This document shows, piece after piece, positions 45,802 through 55,955 of a stretch of 64,000 nucleotides of DNA. The stretch comes from a virus. The notes under the pieces were generated by a model. It had not been told where the DNA came from, did no database searches, and saw nothing but the letters and a program-made list of their open reading frames with translations. The translations under genes were made by a program, and so were the position numbers. Position 1 is the first letter of the stretch. Each line of letters opens with the position of its first letter. The stretch is from the IMG/VR virus record IMGVR_UViG_3300036828_000568, positions 11,159 to 75,158 of that record; one strand, 5' to 3'.

Positions 45802-47357
45802 AAATAGTCATATCATCTGGCCACGGAAAATACATTCGTGGAGCCGAGGGTCTCATCGATGAAGTCGATGAAGCCCGCAGAGTGGTTGACCAGGTGGCAG
45901 AAATCCTTATCACTGCTGGAGTGCCGACTGTAGTATTTCATGATAATACTAGTGATGATCAGGATGAAAATCTTAAACGTATTGTCGATTACCATAATGA
46001 TCAAATACGTGATCGAGATGTCAGTGTACATTTCAATGCATATTTAGATGAAGGTGAAACAACTCCTGATCCAAAGGGCACAGAAGTCTGGTATAAGACT
46101 CAAAATGCCTTAGCTGCGGAGGTAAGTGATTCTATTGCTGCTCACAGTGGTCTCAAAAACAGAGGTGCTAAACCCACGGATAATTTGTATTTTCTAAATG
46201 AGACGGATGAAGCTGCCATTTTAATCGAAGTTTGCTTTGTGGATAGTCAAGCTGATTGTGATATTTATCGTGGGCGATTTGAAGATATTTGCTTTGCTAT
46301 TGCAGAAAGCATTTCTGGAGAAACCATTTCCGGCAACCCTGATCGTCCTGAAAAACCAGAACGTCCACCAGAAGGGCCGGACCATCCACCGACTGCACCA
46401 GAAGCTCGGCGTACATTGGAAGAAGGTGATGAAGGTGAAGATGTTGCGGAAGTACAGCGTATTCTTGGTATACCTGATGATGGGGACTTTGGTCCTGCCA
46501 CAGATTCTTGGGTTGCAGCGTTTCAAGCTGCATGTGGTCTTGATGATGATGGTGTGGTTGGGCCAAACACATGGGAAGAATTAGATGATCTTGATACTAG
46601 AATGGAACAAGGCTTAGACGGCATTAGTGAAGAACTTGCTGTAAAGATTAATACTTTGGTCGAGCGTTCTGGGCTTGCAAATTATGAATGGGATGATCGG
46701 GGTGAGCCACCTCCCGGTTACATTGCCGGGATGGCTAAGACATATGCTCTTGCAGTAACTCTATACCAAACTGGTAATCAGCCAATCTGGATTATGGGGA
46801 AGGCCGAGACTGGTGATTCTGATGACGATGCGTTAACATGGTATCACAAAAAATTTGCAGATAAGGGAATGAAGAATGATAAGGATGGTATCGACACGTT
46901 GCGGCATTTATTTGTGATGATGATTGGTTTGGGGATGCGTGAAAGTTCTGGTAACCATTGGGAAGGCCGGGACATGTCTGCCGACAATGTTGAAGCTGAT
47001 ACATGCGAAGCCGGGTTATTTCAAACGTCGTGGAATATCAATACATGTTCGGATACAATACCTCGGCTGCTAAACGAGTATTGGGAAGACCCGAATGGAT
47101 TCCAACCTACCTTTACTCATGGACTTTATCCTAATGCAAGTCAGCTAGATTGCTATGGAACTGGCGATGGAGCACGTTACCAATTTCTAGCACGATTTTC
47201 TCCAGCGTTTCATGTTCTTGTTACCGGTGTCGGAATGCGTTTGCGTGGTGGTGAAGAAGGCCATTGGGGACCAATTCGACGAGGTGAGGTTGATATAGTA
47301 AAAGAATTCGATGATCTTTTAATGGATGTTGAACGGTTAATGGATATAGAAGTCTAA
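45798..47357 (+). CDS. endolysin: N-acetylmuramoyl-L-alanine amidase + peptidoglycan-binding domain + lysozyme-like domain
   Basis: SSGHG..E, SVHFNA, LIEVCFVD; DGDFGPAT...FQ...DGVVGPNTW; MRESSG...AGLFQTS. Confidence 0.85.
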   Translation: MKIVISSGHGKYIRGAEGLIDEVDEARRVVDQVAEILITAGVPTVVFHDNTSDDQDENLKRIVDYHNDQIRDRDVSVHFNAYLDEGETTPDPKGTEVWYKTQNALAAEVSDSIAAHSGLKNRGAKPTDNLYFLNETDEAAILIEVCFVDSQADCDIYRGRFEDICFAIAESISGETISGNPDRPEKPERPPEGPDHPPTAPEARRTLEEGDEGEDVAEVQRILGIPDDGDFGPATDSWVAAFQAACGLDDDGVVGPNTWEELDDLDTRMEQGLDGISEELAVKINTLVERSGLANYEWDDRGEPPPGYIAGMAKTYALAVTLYQTGNQPIWIMGKAETGDSDDDALTWYHKKFADKGMKNDKDGIDTLRHLFVMMIGLGMRESSGNHWEGRDMSADNVEADTCEAGLFQTSWNINTCSDTIPRLLNEYWEDPNGFQPTFTHGLYPNASQLDCYGTGDGARYQFLARFSPAFHVLVTGVGMRLRGGEEGHWGPIRRGEVDIVKEFDDLLMDVERLMDIEV

Positions 47358-47372
47358 CCACAGGAGGCTTAA

Positions 47373-47534
47373 ATGCGAGATAAGGACAAGGTGCGAAGAA
47401 TTCTTAACTACCCTGCGGGTGAAGGGCAACCTCCATCATTGGTAGCTGTTGGAACTCCTGCGGCTGTTCTTCAGCAAACTATTCCACTGAAACCACTAGA
47501 AGAAAAACCTGTCGCAGAAGAGGAAAAAGAATAA
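47373..47534 (+). CDS. 53 aa hypothetical protein (not in ORF track)
   Basis: AGGAGG RBS; MRDKDKVRRILNYPAG...; TAATG coupling to the next ORF. Confidence 0.5.
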   Translation: MRDKDKVRRILNYPAGEGQPPSLVAVGTPAAVLQQTIPLKPLEEKPVAEEEKE

Positions 47535-47740
47535 TGCCATACACAATCAGTAACCGGGTGCCTGCGCTTCTAACAGGTCCCCTAACTCATAAGTATTTTT
47601 CTAATCCTACTTCTAGGTTTCTATGGGTAAATGAAAAACCCTACGTTAGCCCGAATTGGAGTCCAGGTCAGCTAACGACTGCTAAAATGCGGGTAAACAC
47701 GGCTAAAATGCCCATTAGGAGGGTTAACAGAGCCCTTTAA
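47534..47740 (+). CDS. hypothetical protein
   Basis: coupled ORF at the end of the late operon. Confidence 0.4.
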   Translation: MPYTISNRVPALLTGPLTHKYFSNPTSRFLWVNEKPYVSPNWSPGQLTTAKMRVNTAKMPIRRVNRAL

Positions 47741-47745
47741 ACGGG

Positions 47746-47762
47746 GTTGCAGTGCCACTAAC
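47746..47762. repeat. 17-bp dispersed repeat GTTGCAGTGCCACTAAC (copy 1)
   Basis: identical copy at 53739..53755. Confidence 0.7.
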
Positions 47763-47814
47763 CCGCACGCTATGGGGTACGGTATACCCCCCACTTCAGC
47801 TAAATGTGGGATCT

Positions 47815-48279
47815 TCAGTTAAGTTTCTTGGTAATAGGAAAGAAGTCCGCAAATCGGCCAATACTCCTCGTTGCGTCATGAACTTCAAACTTTTCTAGCC
47901 GAGTAATTCCTTGGTCTCTATTAATCTTAGCATCACAACCAAACTTTTCACCAGTTCTAAATTCTATTTGTACGTTCACAATTTCCCAGGCTTGAGGATC
48001 ATGGGGTGAAATGCTACTAGGTAATTCAGAAGTGATTCCTTGAATTATTTTGGTTCTAGCCTCTGCCATATAGATTACAACATCTGGTTCTGAGTTCTTT
48101 ACTAGGTCTTTAATTCCCTGAGCAACTATTTCCTTATGTGCGATGTTCTGATAATAGACAGGAACTGCAAATCGTTTGTCATCTTTAATCAAAACAACCA
48201 TCGGTTTGACTACTTTTTGAATAGCAAACATCGCACTTATTAGACTGAGTTCTTGGTCTACAAACTCACGAGGGTCCAT
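47815..48279 (-). CDS. hypothetical protein
   Basis: 154 aa ORF in the replication operon. Confidence 0.65.
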   Translation of the reverse strand: MDPREFVDQELSLISAMFAIQKVVKPMVVLIKDDKRFAVPVYYQNIAHKEIVAQGIKDLVKNSEPDVVIYMAEARTKIIQGITSELPSSISPHDPQAWEIVNVQIEFRTGEKFGCDAKINRDQGITRLEKFEVHDATRSIGRFADFFPITKKLN

Positions 48280-48538
48280 ACTTATATCCTTTTTTTATAT
48301 CTTGGGCATAGGCCCAATCCCGCCATTTCTTATAAAGAAGATATGGAGCTTGATGACTCAAGCCTAATTCGTCACCTATTCTCCGCCAACGCATATTTTC
48401 CCTGTCTCTTAAATCAATGATCTTAAGAATTAGAGTAGGATTACTAGGTTCGAAAGCAATTTTACGACCCTGAGGTCCTTTACGCGGTCTAAAGCCACCA
48501 GGAGCTTTACGATCGGGCACCATTTCTACACTAGCCAT
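48266..48538 (-). CDS. HTH DNA-binding protein
   Basis: MRWRRIGDELGLSHQ HTH-like segment. Confidence 0.55.
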   Translation of the reverse strand: MASVEMVPDRKAPGGFRPRKGPQGRKIAFEPSNPTLILKIIDLRDRENMRWRRIGDELGLSHQAPYLLYKKWRDWAYAQDIKKGYKYGPS

Positions 48539-50013
48539 GATCTATACTCATCTCCTTGAAGGGTGGAACTAATAGTGATTTTCTTGCGCAGTGTTTTGAT
48601 TAGCTTTTCATCTATTGTTCCACGAACCCGCAGGTCAATGTAGGTCACGGATCTAGTTTGACCTATACGATGTGCTCTATCCTCGCTCTGCTGCCTATCT
48701 TCATTGTCGAAACTGTTCGCATAGTATATTACCACATTACAGGCTGTCCAGGTATTCCCAAATTTTCCTACGCTTTGGTTACTCACGATGAATCTACATG
48801 TATCATCACGCTGAATCCGTCCTCTAGCCTCAAGACGTTCATCTAACGACGTTTCTCCCCAGAAGCTGGCTGTACTTTCGGGACCGAATTCCTTGTGAAG
48901 GCGGTCCCGAATTTTTTCTAATGCTCGCGGCCATGGGCACCATATGATTGCTTTATCAGAAGTTTGATGTAGTATTTCTACAACAGCATCAACCCGGTTT
49001 TCTGGGATATCTTCTACATTTCCCATTTCTGTTTTAACGTGTCCACATAATATGTGTTGAAGCTTGCCTAATTGGTCAAGCTTCTGGGTAGGACTAACAA
49101 ACTCACCACTAGCAAGCTCAGCCATAGCTATATCACGTACAGAATTGTATATTCGTTCTTGTTCCGGGGTCATTTCTACATCCCAGAACTGGTAAATCTT
49201 GGGTGGTAAATCTAGAACATCTTTCTTCAATACCCGGTAGCTGTGTGTCATAATCTTTTGATTAAGTTCATCTAAATTACGATAATCAACTATGATAGTA
49301 GGCTTCCTATAAAACTTTCTATGGACTTCATCCATAACTCTACTGGCAGCGGGCCGGAAGTCTATTTGTTCTGTGATTGCATACCGGTTTCTAAATCCCC
49401 AAAAAGTCTTCTGTCCTATAATTCGCCAGTCCAAATACCGGTATTGAGTGTACAGATCCATCGGGCTTTCTGGAGCTACTAGTCCACTCAGTATACGACG
49501 GGCCACGAATTTGTCTGATAATTCATCTAGAATAAACTCGGTTCGCTTTGCACTTTCATGGCAGATAGTGGTCGATTCATCTATAACGCCAATGACTTTA
49601 TGATCTTTAATAAATTCTAATAGATATTCACGTGCTTTACCTTCCCGGTTAAGGGCTTCAATATTCATTGTAAGGAATCGTGGACTCTTGGCATGAAGTA
49701 AATTTGCTTGCATCTGTCGGTGCGATGTGTTAGCACCACTCCGCCAGTAACCAATATTGAAAAATGAAAGTGTCTCTGGAGGGATCCACAATGTAAGTTC
49801 ACCCGGTTCTTCTTCTGTACCTATCCAATTTAGATAGCACCCTTTCGGTGCTAGTATAACCAGATCCTGGGCTGTTCCGGCGGTAATTCTTGCCAGCCAA
49901 TCGTCTATTATTGGCCTGGATTTACCTGTGCCTTGTTCCATCAACAAGGCATAGACGTCGTTATCCTTCAATAATTTTGCAGCAGTTTCTTGATGTTGAT
50001 AAGGTAGTTCCAT
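48526..50013 (-). CDS. SNF2-family helicase
   Basis: MEQGTGKS, IDEST, LSG..., QSEDRAHRIGQ. Confidence 0.9.
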   Translation of the reverse strand: MELPYQHQETAAKLLKDNDVYALLMEQGTGKSRPIIDDWLARITAGTAQDLVILAPKGCYLNWIGTEEEPGELTLWIPPETLSFFNIGYWRSGANTSHRQMQANLLHAKSPRFLTMNIEALNREGKAREYLLEFIKDHKVIGVIDESTTICHESAKRTEFILDELSDKFVARRILSGLVAPESPMDLYTQYRYLDWRIIGQKTFWGFRNRYAITEQIDFRPAASRVMDEVHRKFYRKPTIIVDYRNLDELNQKIMTHSYRVLKKDVLDLPPKIYQFWDVEMTPEQERIYNSVRDIAMAELASGEFVSPTQKLDQLGKLQHILCGHVKTEMGNVEDIPENRVDAVVEILHQTSDKAIIWCPWPRALEKIRDRLHKEFGPESTASFWGETSLDERLEARGRIQRDDTCRFIVSNQSVGKFGNTWTACNVVIYYANSFDNEDRQQSEDRAHRIGQTRSVTYIDLRVRGTIDEKLIKTLRKKITISSTLQGDEYRSWLV

Positions 50014-50022
50014 CGTAGTTTA

Positions 50023-50463
50023 TTATAGCATGGCTGGTCTTGGAGTTAAACCCTTATGAATTATTTCATGGATTTCTTGAAAGTTCCAATTCCCAGGTCC
50101 TCCACCCCAACATGTTGCATGAACTCCTTCTAACCCATTATAAAACAGGGCATCTGCTTGATCCCCATTCATAAACCATAGCTCATCTATCCCTTCCCAT
50201 TTTTTAGCATTAGGAATACGTCGAACAGCAATCCAAGCACTTGCACCATATCGGCAACGACGCATAAGCCATGCAACTTGAAATGAAGTGATATTTACAG
50301 CGTATGCATGAGTTCGTTTAAATTCAATCCAACCTTGTTTTCCCCAAGGGCTGCAAAATTCACTATCAGGAACTCCTGTAGATACTCCAGCAGTTTCAAT
50401 AGATGTCCATTGATACTGAGGTAGTCCTAATCGGAATTCTTTTCTAAGTCCACCATCTTTCAT
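50023..50463 (-). CDS. VRR-NUC/Holliday junction resolvase-like nuclease
   Basis: IET...GVPD...WIEFK...Q.AW. Confidence 0.75.
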   Translation of the reverse strand: MKDGGLRKEFRLGLPQYQWTSIETAGVSTGVPDSEFCSPWGKQGWIEFKRTHAYAVNITSFQVAWLMRRCRYGASAWIAVRRIPNAKKWEGIDELWFMNGDQADALFYNGLEGVHATCWGGGPGNWNFQEIHEIIHKGLTPRPAML

Positions 50464-51161
50464 GGTCGATGCAATAGGTAATCGAGTGTATAGACTAAGT
50501 CAGGTTCTAATCCTTCTTGTTTACGAAGCCATTGCAAATAATCACGAGGAATATTTCTAAACTCTTGCCCACGATGTTTGCCGAAGTTAAGAGTTTTCAA
50601 CCTAACCGGTAGGGAAGATAACCCCAACAGTTGAGCAGGGGTGTGGTGCTCTAACATTTTTTGAAGAAGGCTAGTGGTGACGGCTACATCATATAATGCT
50701 TGATGAGGAAACTTTCCGACAGGAAGGTCTGGTTTTAATTCTAACCAATATCGAAGAACCTGATTGCTATAGCTGGGAGCTCCTTGCCAAATATGCTGAG
50801 CTGCTCGCTTGGTACAAATCCATGGTACGTTAATCTCTGGTAAAAACTTAGAATCAAATGCTGCATTATGAGCGACCATAACAGAATCTTGCTTGATAAA
50901 TGTTTGCAGATGTTGGATTGTGGTGTACCTGTCCCTTGCTCCCTTTTCTTTTGTGAGTAAATCTCTAGTAATGTGGTTGACAGCCTGGGCATGGGGATTA
51001 AAAACCATATTCAGAGGTTGTTCAATATAAGTTTCATAGCAACCAACTTGTTCCCACACTTTACCGGTATGAGCTAGGTCAATCCACGCAACTTCTAAAA
51101 GCTTAGCTCCTTTATCAGGATCTAAGTCCGAAGTCTCAGTGTCTAGTACAATAAGATTCAT
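50460..51161 (-). CDS. DEDDh 3'-5' exonuclease (ExoX-like)
   Basis: LDTET, AHNAAFD, HQALYD; C-terminal FGKHRG...IPRDYLQWL. Confidence 0.9.
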   Translation of the reverse strand: MNLIVLDTETSDLDPDKGAKLLEVAWIDLAHTGKVWEQVGCYETYIEQPLNMVFNPHAQAVNHITRDLLTKEKGARDRYTTIQHLQTFIKQDSVMVAHNAAFDSKFLPEINVPWICTKRAAQHIWQGAPSYSNQVLRYWLELKPDLPVGKFPHQALYDVAVTTSLLQKMLEHHTPAQLLGLSSLPVRLKTLNFGKHRGQEFRNIPRDYLQWLRKQEGLEPDLVYTLDYLLHRP

Positions 51162-51162
51162 A

Positions 51163-51197
51163 GAAAAAATGGACCCCGCCTGCCGGGGCAGGGTCCA
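51163..51197 (-). terminator. intrinsic terminator
   Basis: minus strand TGGACCCTGCC-CCGGCA-GGCGGGGTCCA-TTTTTT. Confidence 0.7.
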
Positions 51198-51212
51198 AGG
51201 CTGGGAACGCCC

Positions 51213-51617
51213 TTACGCGGCAGGCTTCGCCGTCGCCGGCTGAGCCTGTTGCGGAACTGGGACCACGGTCGGGCCGATGTGGATGAACTTGTGGTTTTCA
51301 TCCCAACGCAGGTCGGCATAAATCATGCCTTCGGCCCGCTTGAAATCTTCCTTGATCTTTTCGACGTATGCCTTCACAGTCATACCAGTCTTATAACGCA
51401 GGAACCGCTGGTTTGCACCGCGAGCCTTGGCATTCTCCTTGAGCACGGTGATCACATGCTCATCGGGGTACTTGGGAAGACGCGGGCGGGCAACCGAACC
51501 CTCCGGCCGTTCCTTCTTTACTTTCGGAGCCTTGGGCTCCTTCTTTTCCCCTGCGGGAGCTGCGGGAGCGGCTGGCTTGGCAACAGGAGCAGGGCCTTGA
51601 GCCGGGTTAACTACCAT
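51213..51617 (-). CDS. small basic putative DNA-binding protein, paralog of 891..1334
   Basis: RF.RYKTGMTVKAY...ADLRWD...FI; GAGGAG RBS; high GC3. Confidence 0.75.
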   Translation of the reverse strand: MVVNPAQGPAPVAKPAAPAAPAGEKKEPKAPKVKKERPEGSVARPRLPKYPDEHVITVLKENAKARGANQRFLRYKTGMTVKAYVEKIKEDFKRAEGMIYADLRWDENHKFIHIGPTVVPVPQQAQPATAKPAA

Positions 51618-51703
51618 GATATTCTCCTCTTATTTCTGGCTGTACTCTTCGTACATTATTCACTTAACACACCGAAGACAAAAAAGCAAGCCCTGAGAGA
51701 GAA

Positions 51704-53692
51704 TTATTTTTTTAACTGCCCCCAATTAGGACCACACTTTACATCAGTCAACATTGGAATGGTAATTACCGGCATAGCTTCTTCCATAATACGAGCACAT
51801 TCCTTTGCTTGTTTCATATCAGTCAAGCTAAAACACAATTCATCATGCAGTTGTAACACTGGTTGATATCCAGCTTTAACAAGATCTAACATGGCCTTCT
51901 TCGTTTGGCGTGCAGCACTCCCTTGAATCATTCTATTAAATGCTTTATGAACATGTGCTCGTTTTATTGGTTGACCATACCATGAATGATTAGGGTTACG
52001 TGTACGTCTAATGGCTTCATCATAAGGACATGCATATGGTACTCCTGGTTCTGTAAAATCACGATACTCAATTGGTTCAAATAAATTAAAGTGATTACGA
52101 GCACCATCTATCAATTTTATATATCCGTGCTTTGCAGCATAGTTCATATATCGATCTGATGCTTCACGAACAAATGGTAGTTCAGCATCATACTGATTAT
52201 AAACATCCCTTGCCTCATCTTCATCCATCCCTGTCATTAAAGCAAACTTCCTAATTCCAGCTCCATAAGCTTTTGCGAAGTTAGTATCCTTGGCGCGGGG
52301 GCGCTCAAGCCTAGTGATCTGTGCTACGTAATTATGAAAGTCTGTAGAAGGATCATTACGATACCGGTCAGCCGCTTTCTTTGCGCCACGCGCACGTAAT
52401 AGTTCTGCTACGAATACGATTAACCGGTATTCTTGCTGTCTATAGTCGATGCTGCACCAGAATTCCCCCTCTTCTGGTAGAAAGCAAGACCGTACAAGCG
52501 GAGCCCATGCATCATCCCTGCTAGGCATCTGCTGTAAGGGTGGGTCCGAGTAGCTAAACCGATGGCTTTTAGCTCCACCAGTTTCTGACTTGAATTGATT
52601 AATCGTTGGGTGTACTCTTCCATTATGAGCATATGCTACTATGAATTTTTGTAAGAATTTGTCTGCTAGATCTGCTTGGTGCTTTATCTTTTGAACCATT
52701 CTTGGAAACCAGTGTCGATGACCTGTCATGACACTTTTATCAAATTTAGGATTTTTCTTTGCAGTAAATTCTTCAATTCGTATATCTAATTGTTCAAACT
52801 TCTTTTTTACCCATCGACTAGATCTAATATCTTTTAGACTAATGGGAGGAGGGAGAGTACGGCCAAAGAAATCTTGTTGAGTATTTCGTTGTATCTTAAT
52901 GCCTTCTTCTTCTAATAGGTTTGCCATGATTTCAGAATCTTTATAATTTTGTTCTTCTACACTCTTCATTATTTCTTTAGCTCTTAACGTGCTAACACGA
53001 ATTCCCTTTTGCTTCATTCTTAATGTAATAGGCATTAACTCACGTTCAACTTGATATGCTGCATTAAGATTTTCTTCTTCTAAAATAGGAAGCAGCTTAT
53101 AATAGAGTTCTAGTGTGCTTATCGCATCTTGTTCAGCATAATCACCCACCATTTCTGGTGGAAGTTTATAGAGTTCATTTTTTGAAACATTCAGTTTCTT
53201 TTTCCCTGGAACCTTTTGCCATTCACAAAGGCTATCTAGATCGAATGAAAATCTATTTTCATCAATAATAGAAGCCATTGCCATGGTATCATCTATAAGT
53301 GCAGGAGGTGGTATATCAAACATTGCTTGAATCCAACCCCAATCATATTGAAAATTGTGAAATATAAACCGGGTATGATTCTGGGCAACTAATGATTTTA
53401 GCCATTGCCCCACTAATGCCCGATTAAAATAATTTCTGCTTGCATGTCGAAGTGGGATGTAGACTTTTTCATTACGCCATGCTGCTGATATCCCACAAAT
53501 ATATCCCGTATTATTGTCATATTGATCACATTTAAAAAATCCTGGTCCTTTATTTGCTCTTAAACCAGGGTCGAAAGTTTCTGTATCGATTGATACTTCA
53601 GTTTCGTGCGTAAGATCAGGAAGCTCAGTAGGCATAATCCATTCAGAAGGGGTGTAGATATGTTTGTCTTCTACGATTGACCGCATTAACAT
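51704..53692 (-). CDS. polA: DNA polymerase family A with a 3'-5' exonuclease domain
   Basis: IDTET, FHN..YD; motif A DYRQQEYR, motif B RAKDTNFAKAYG, motif C LHDEL. Confidence 0.95.
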   Translation of the reverse strand: MLMRSIVEDKHIYTPSEWIMPTELPDLTHETEVSIDTETFDPGLRANKGPGFFKCDQYDNNTGYICGISAAWRNEKVYIPLRHASRNYFNRALVGQWLKSLVAQNHTRFIFHNFQYDWGWIQAMFDIPPPALIDDTMAMASIIDENRFSFDLDSLCEWQKVPGKKKLNVSKNELYKLPPEMVGDYAEQDAISTLELYYKLLPILEEENLNAAYQVERELMPITLRMKQKGIRVSTLRAKEIMKSVEEQNYKDSEIMANLLEEEGIKIQRNTQQDFFGRTLPPPISLKDIRSSRWVKKKFEQLDIRIEEFTAKKNPKFDKSVMTGHRHWFPRMVQKIKHQADLADKFLQKFIVAYAHNGRVHPTINQFKSETGGAKSHRFSYSDPPLQQMPSRDDAWAPLVRSCFLPEEGEFWCSIDYRQQEYRLIVFVAELLRARGAKKAADRYRNDPSTDFHNYVAQITRLERPRAKDTNFAKAYGAGIRKFALMTGMDEDEARDVYNQYDAELPFVREASDRYMNYAAKHGYIKLIDGARNHFNLFEPIEYRDFTEPGVPYACPYDEAIRRTRNPNHSWYGQPIKRAHVHKAFNRMIQGSAARQTKKAMLDLVKAGYQPVLQLHDELCFSLTDMKQAKECARIMEEAMPVITIPMLTDVKCGPNWGQLKK

Positions 53693-53738
53693 AGGGTATA
53701 CCCCGCTTTAATGACTCTTTCCTTGCCCCACAAGTGCC

Positions 53739-53755
53739 GTTGCAGTGCCACTAAC
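53739..53755. repeat. 17-bp dispersed repeat (copy 2)
   Basis: identical to 47746..47762; lies upstream of polA. Confidence 0.7.
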
Positions 53756-53953
53756 GCCCTATGCCCTAGGGGTAGTACACCCTAGCGTTCACGTGCATGG
53801 GAATTCACGTATTTGTCTTTCCGTTTGATTGCCATTTTCATAGCTTCTTCTATCTTTAACATCCGTTCCGATGGTACTTTTCCACGTCGTATGGCGCGCT
53901 TCAACTTGCGCATTGAAGAATTTTCTGCTATGGTGCATTTACCCTCAAACGGA

Positions 53954-54445
53954 TCATTCCTCTTTCCGCTCCTCCAATTCCTCCATAGACTGGTTGGCAT
54001 GGTGTCCTCCATCTTCTGGTGTGCCGGGACGATTAGGCTCTATCACTCTTGGAATTTTTTCATCTAATCTAGCTAGGTCGATAATATCTTCCAACACTAA
54101 TTGTGCTGTTCTAAGATCATCGTCACTTTTATAAGAACTAAGCAAGAAGATAAATTCTTCTTCCACTATACTCAAACCATTTGCTACGGAGAAGCGACTT
54201 ACCTCATAGTGGATTTCAGTTCGTATTAACTTTCGCACTGGATTATGTGGATAGGTTTCCATAAGCTTGTCGAGGTAATGCATTGCTTTGTGAAGATCAT
54301 CTATACCACCTTTCTTCCGCCATCGTGCGACGTATTTGGTTGAGGATCCCTCTAAGTATCCAAGAGGAATGACTATACATAGATCCCAGTGCTCGTACTG
54401 AGTCTTATAGTGTTTTCCTCCCACTTGCTTTTCATTAGCGGACAT
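53954..54445 (-). CDS. DUF3310-like protein
   Basis: QVGGKHY...KYVARWRKKGG.DDL.KA.HYL. Confidence 0.8.
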   Translation of the reverse strand: MSANEKQVGGKHYKTQYEHWDLCIVIPLGYLEGSSTKYVARWRKKGGIDDLHKAMHYLDKLMETYPHNPVRKLIRTEIHYEVSRFSVANGLSIVEEEFIFLLSSYKSDDDLRTAQLVLEDIIDLARLDEKIPRVIEPNRPGTPEDGGHHANQSMEELEERKEE

Positions 54446-54975
54446 TAGATGCTGCTCCCTCTATTTCTGAGCCATTGGTTAACGTTCATGGACATGCATG
54501 ATTCACTCGCTAGACGTTGAGCTTCGTACATTGTATCTCTCATTATAGCTTCTGCGTACTTGTTACCTAGATTCATTTCATGTTCACCAGTTTCATGCAT
54601 CTCCAGCAAATCACATATTTTTACTTGGATTCTTTCTTCTTTAGTTAGTTCTGGAAGCCGGAGTTCAAGTTGTCGTAAGCCAATAGCTTCACCCTTTTCC
54701 ATTCCTTCTTTTAGCTCAGGAATTTGTTTCTTAATGCTATAGGGAACATCTCCCGCCCATAGTTCACCACTATCATGATGCAGGCAATAATAGAGTACTT
54801 CTGCACGAGGAAGTCCAAACACTTCTGTGAATATACAAGCGACGCGCCAGCAATGATGTCCGACCGTCTGCTCCTTTATCATAGGCCAAGTATGATATCG
54901 CTTGACACATCCAGCTAAGTATCGAGAACTATAGATATTGTGGCGGTCAATCACGACATCCTCCTTCTTATCCAC
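54445..54975 (-). CDS. HD-domain 5'-deoxynucleotidase (YfbR-like)
   Basis: VKRYH...TVGHH...LHHD..E...GDVP...K.CD.LE. Confidence 0.85.
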   Translation of the reverse strand: MDKKEDVVIDRHNIYSSRYLAGCVKRYHTWPMIKEQTVGHHCWRVACIFTEVFGLPRAEVLYYCLHHDSGELWAGDVPYSIKKQIPELKEGMEKGEAIGLRQLELRLPELTKEERIQVKICDLLEMHETGEHEMNLGNKYAEAIMRDTMYEAQRLASESCMSMNVNQWLRNRGSSI

Positions 54976-55955
54976 TCAGTACCAGCCTTCCGCCAGTCTT
55001 CTGCAATAACTTCTTCTATCTTTTCTAAAGCCCCACCTATATCTTTTTTCTTATATAGATAATGCGCCTCAGCCATAGGTAGAACAACCTGTGCTAAAAA
55101 TGGATTAGTGATATTTCCGCTATAAGCTTCTTCGTCCTTGTGTATGTCTTCTATCCATTGCATAGTTTCTTCCAATTCATTGTCAAACGATTCAGGATAT
55201 TTAATAAGAGGCTGTGTTCCTTCATAATCCCATCCATTCTTTAAAGCCACATATAAATTTCCTGTTGATCCAATTCGCTTCTGTAACATCGCCAGATGTT
55301 CTGTATAAAAATGTAGGTTAGTTGATATCTGCCAATATCGACCTACTTCAACCCCTACCATGCTCGCTATATATTCCTGCATCATTGGGAAATGAACTGC
55401 GTTGGCACCACAGCATCCCCATATTAAATCATTAGACCGATTAAACACAGTCATGTCTAATTTCTTAGCATTGTTTAGAATACGAAATGTAGCTACAAGA
55501 TTACAGGGTTTGATAATACTCGGTGTCACTAAATCACCATCCCACATTTGAAGTACAGCTTGCCGGGTAGAAGGGTTTCTTTTCAACTGCTTAATGATTT
55601 CACGCAGTTGATCGTATCCTAACTGAGTTCTCCACCTATGCCCGTATGCATCTGGGATTATACCATGTTCATCCCCATAGTTTTTACTGAAATCTTTGAT
55701 ATAATAGTCCAGAAATTCCCCATCATTTCTACCTGCAAGCATCCACATAGCTTCCATTAAATGAAAGAAGGGATTCGCATCTCTTACTTCATTTACTAGA
55801 ACATGCTGTTTAGGATACTCATAGCGAATACTAACTGGTGATGGACTAACCCAAGCATCACCATTCCTGGTCTTTTCTTTATTACCAGAATGTAAAACGT
55901 GTCGAACTGCTTTCGGAAGTGCATCCCTCACGTTAGCCGCATTTATCATATACAT
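54951..55955 (-). CDS. thymidylate synthase homolog, probable dUMP hydroxymethyltransferase
   Basis: ANPFFH, AYG.RWR, RQAV, PCN, RSND..WG..GAN (Asn at the dUMP-specificity position), NLH.Y. Confidence 0.85.
   Translation of the reverse strand: MYMINAANVRDALPKAVRHVLHSGNKEKTRNGDAWVSPSPVSIRYEYPKQHVLVNEVRDANPFFHLMEAMWMLAGRNDGEFLDYYIKDFSKNYGDEHGIIPDAYGHRWRTQLGYDQLREIIKQLKRNPSTRQAVLQMWDGDLVTPSIIKPCNLVATFRILNNAKKLDMTVFNRSNDLIWGCCGANAVHFPMMQEYIASMVGVEVGRYWQISTNLHFYTEHLAMLQKRIGSTGNLYVALKNGWDYEGTQPLIKYPESFDNELEETMQWIEDIHKDEEAYSGNITNPFLAQVVLPMAEAHYLYKKKDIGGALEKIEEVIAEDWRKAGTEWIRRRMS

Noticed and set aside
53782-54012. 76 aa basic ORF between DUF3310 and polA
   Set aside because: Overlaps the DUF3310 gene end; a shorter real gene is possible but the start is unresolved, so it was not called
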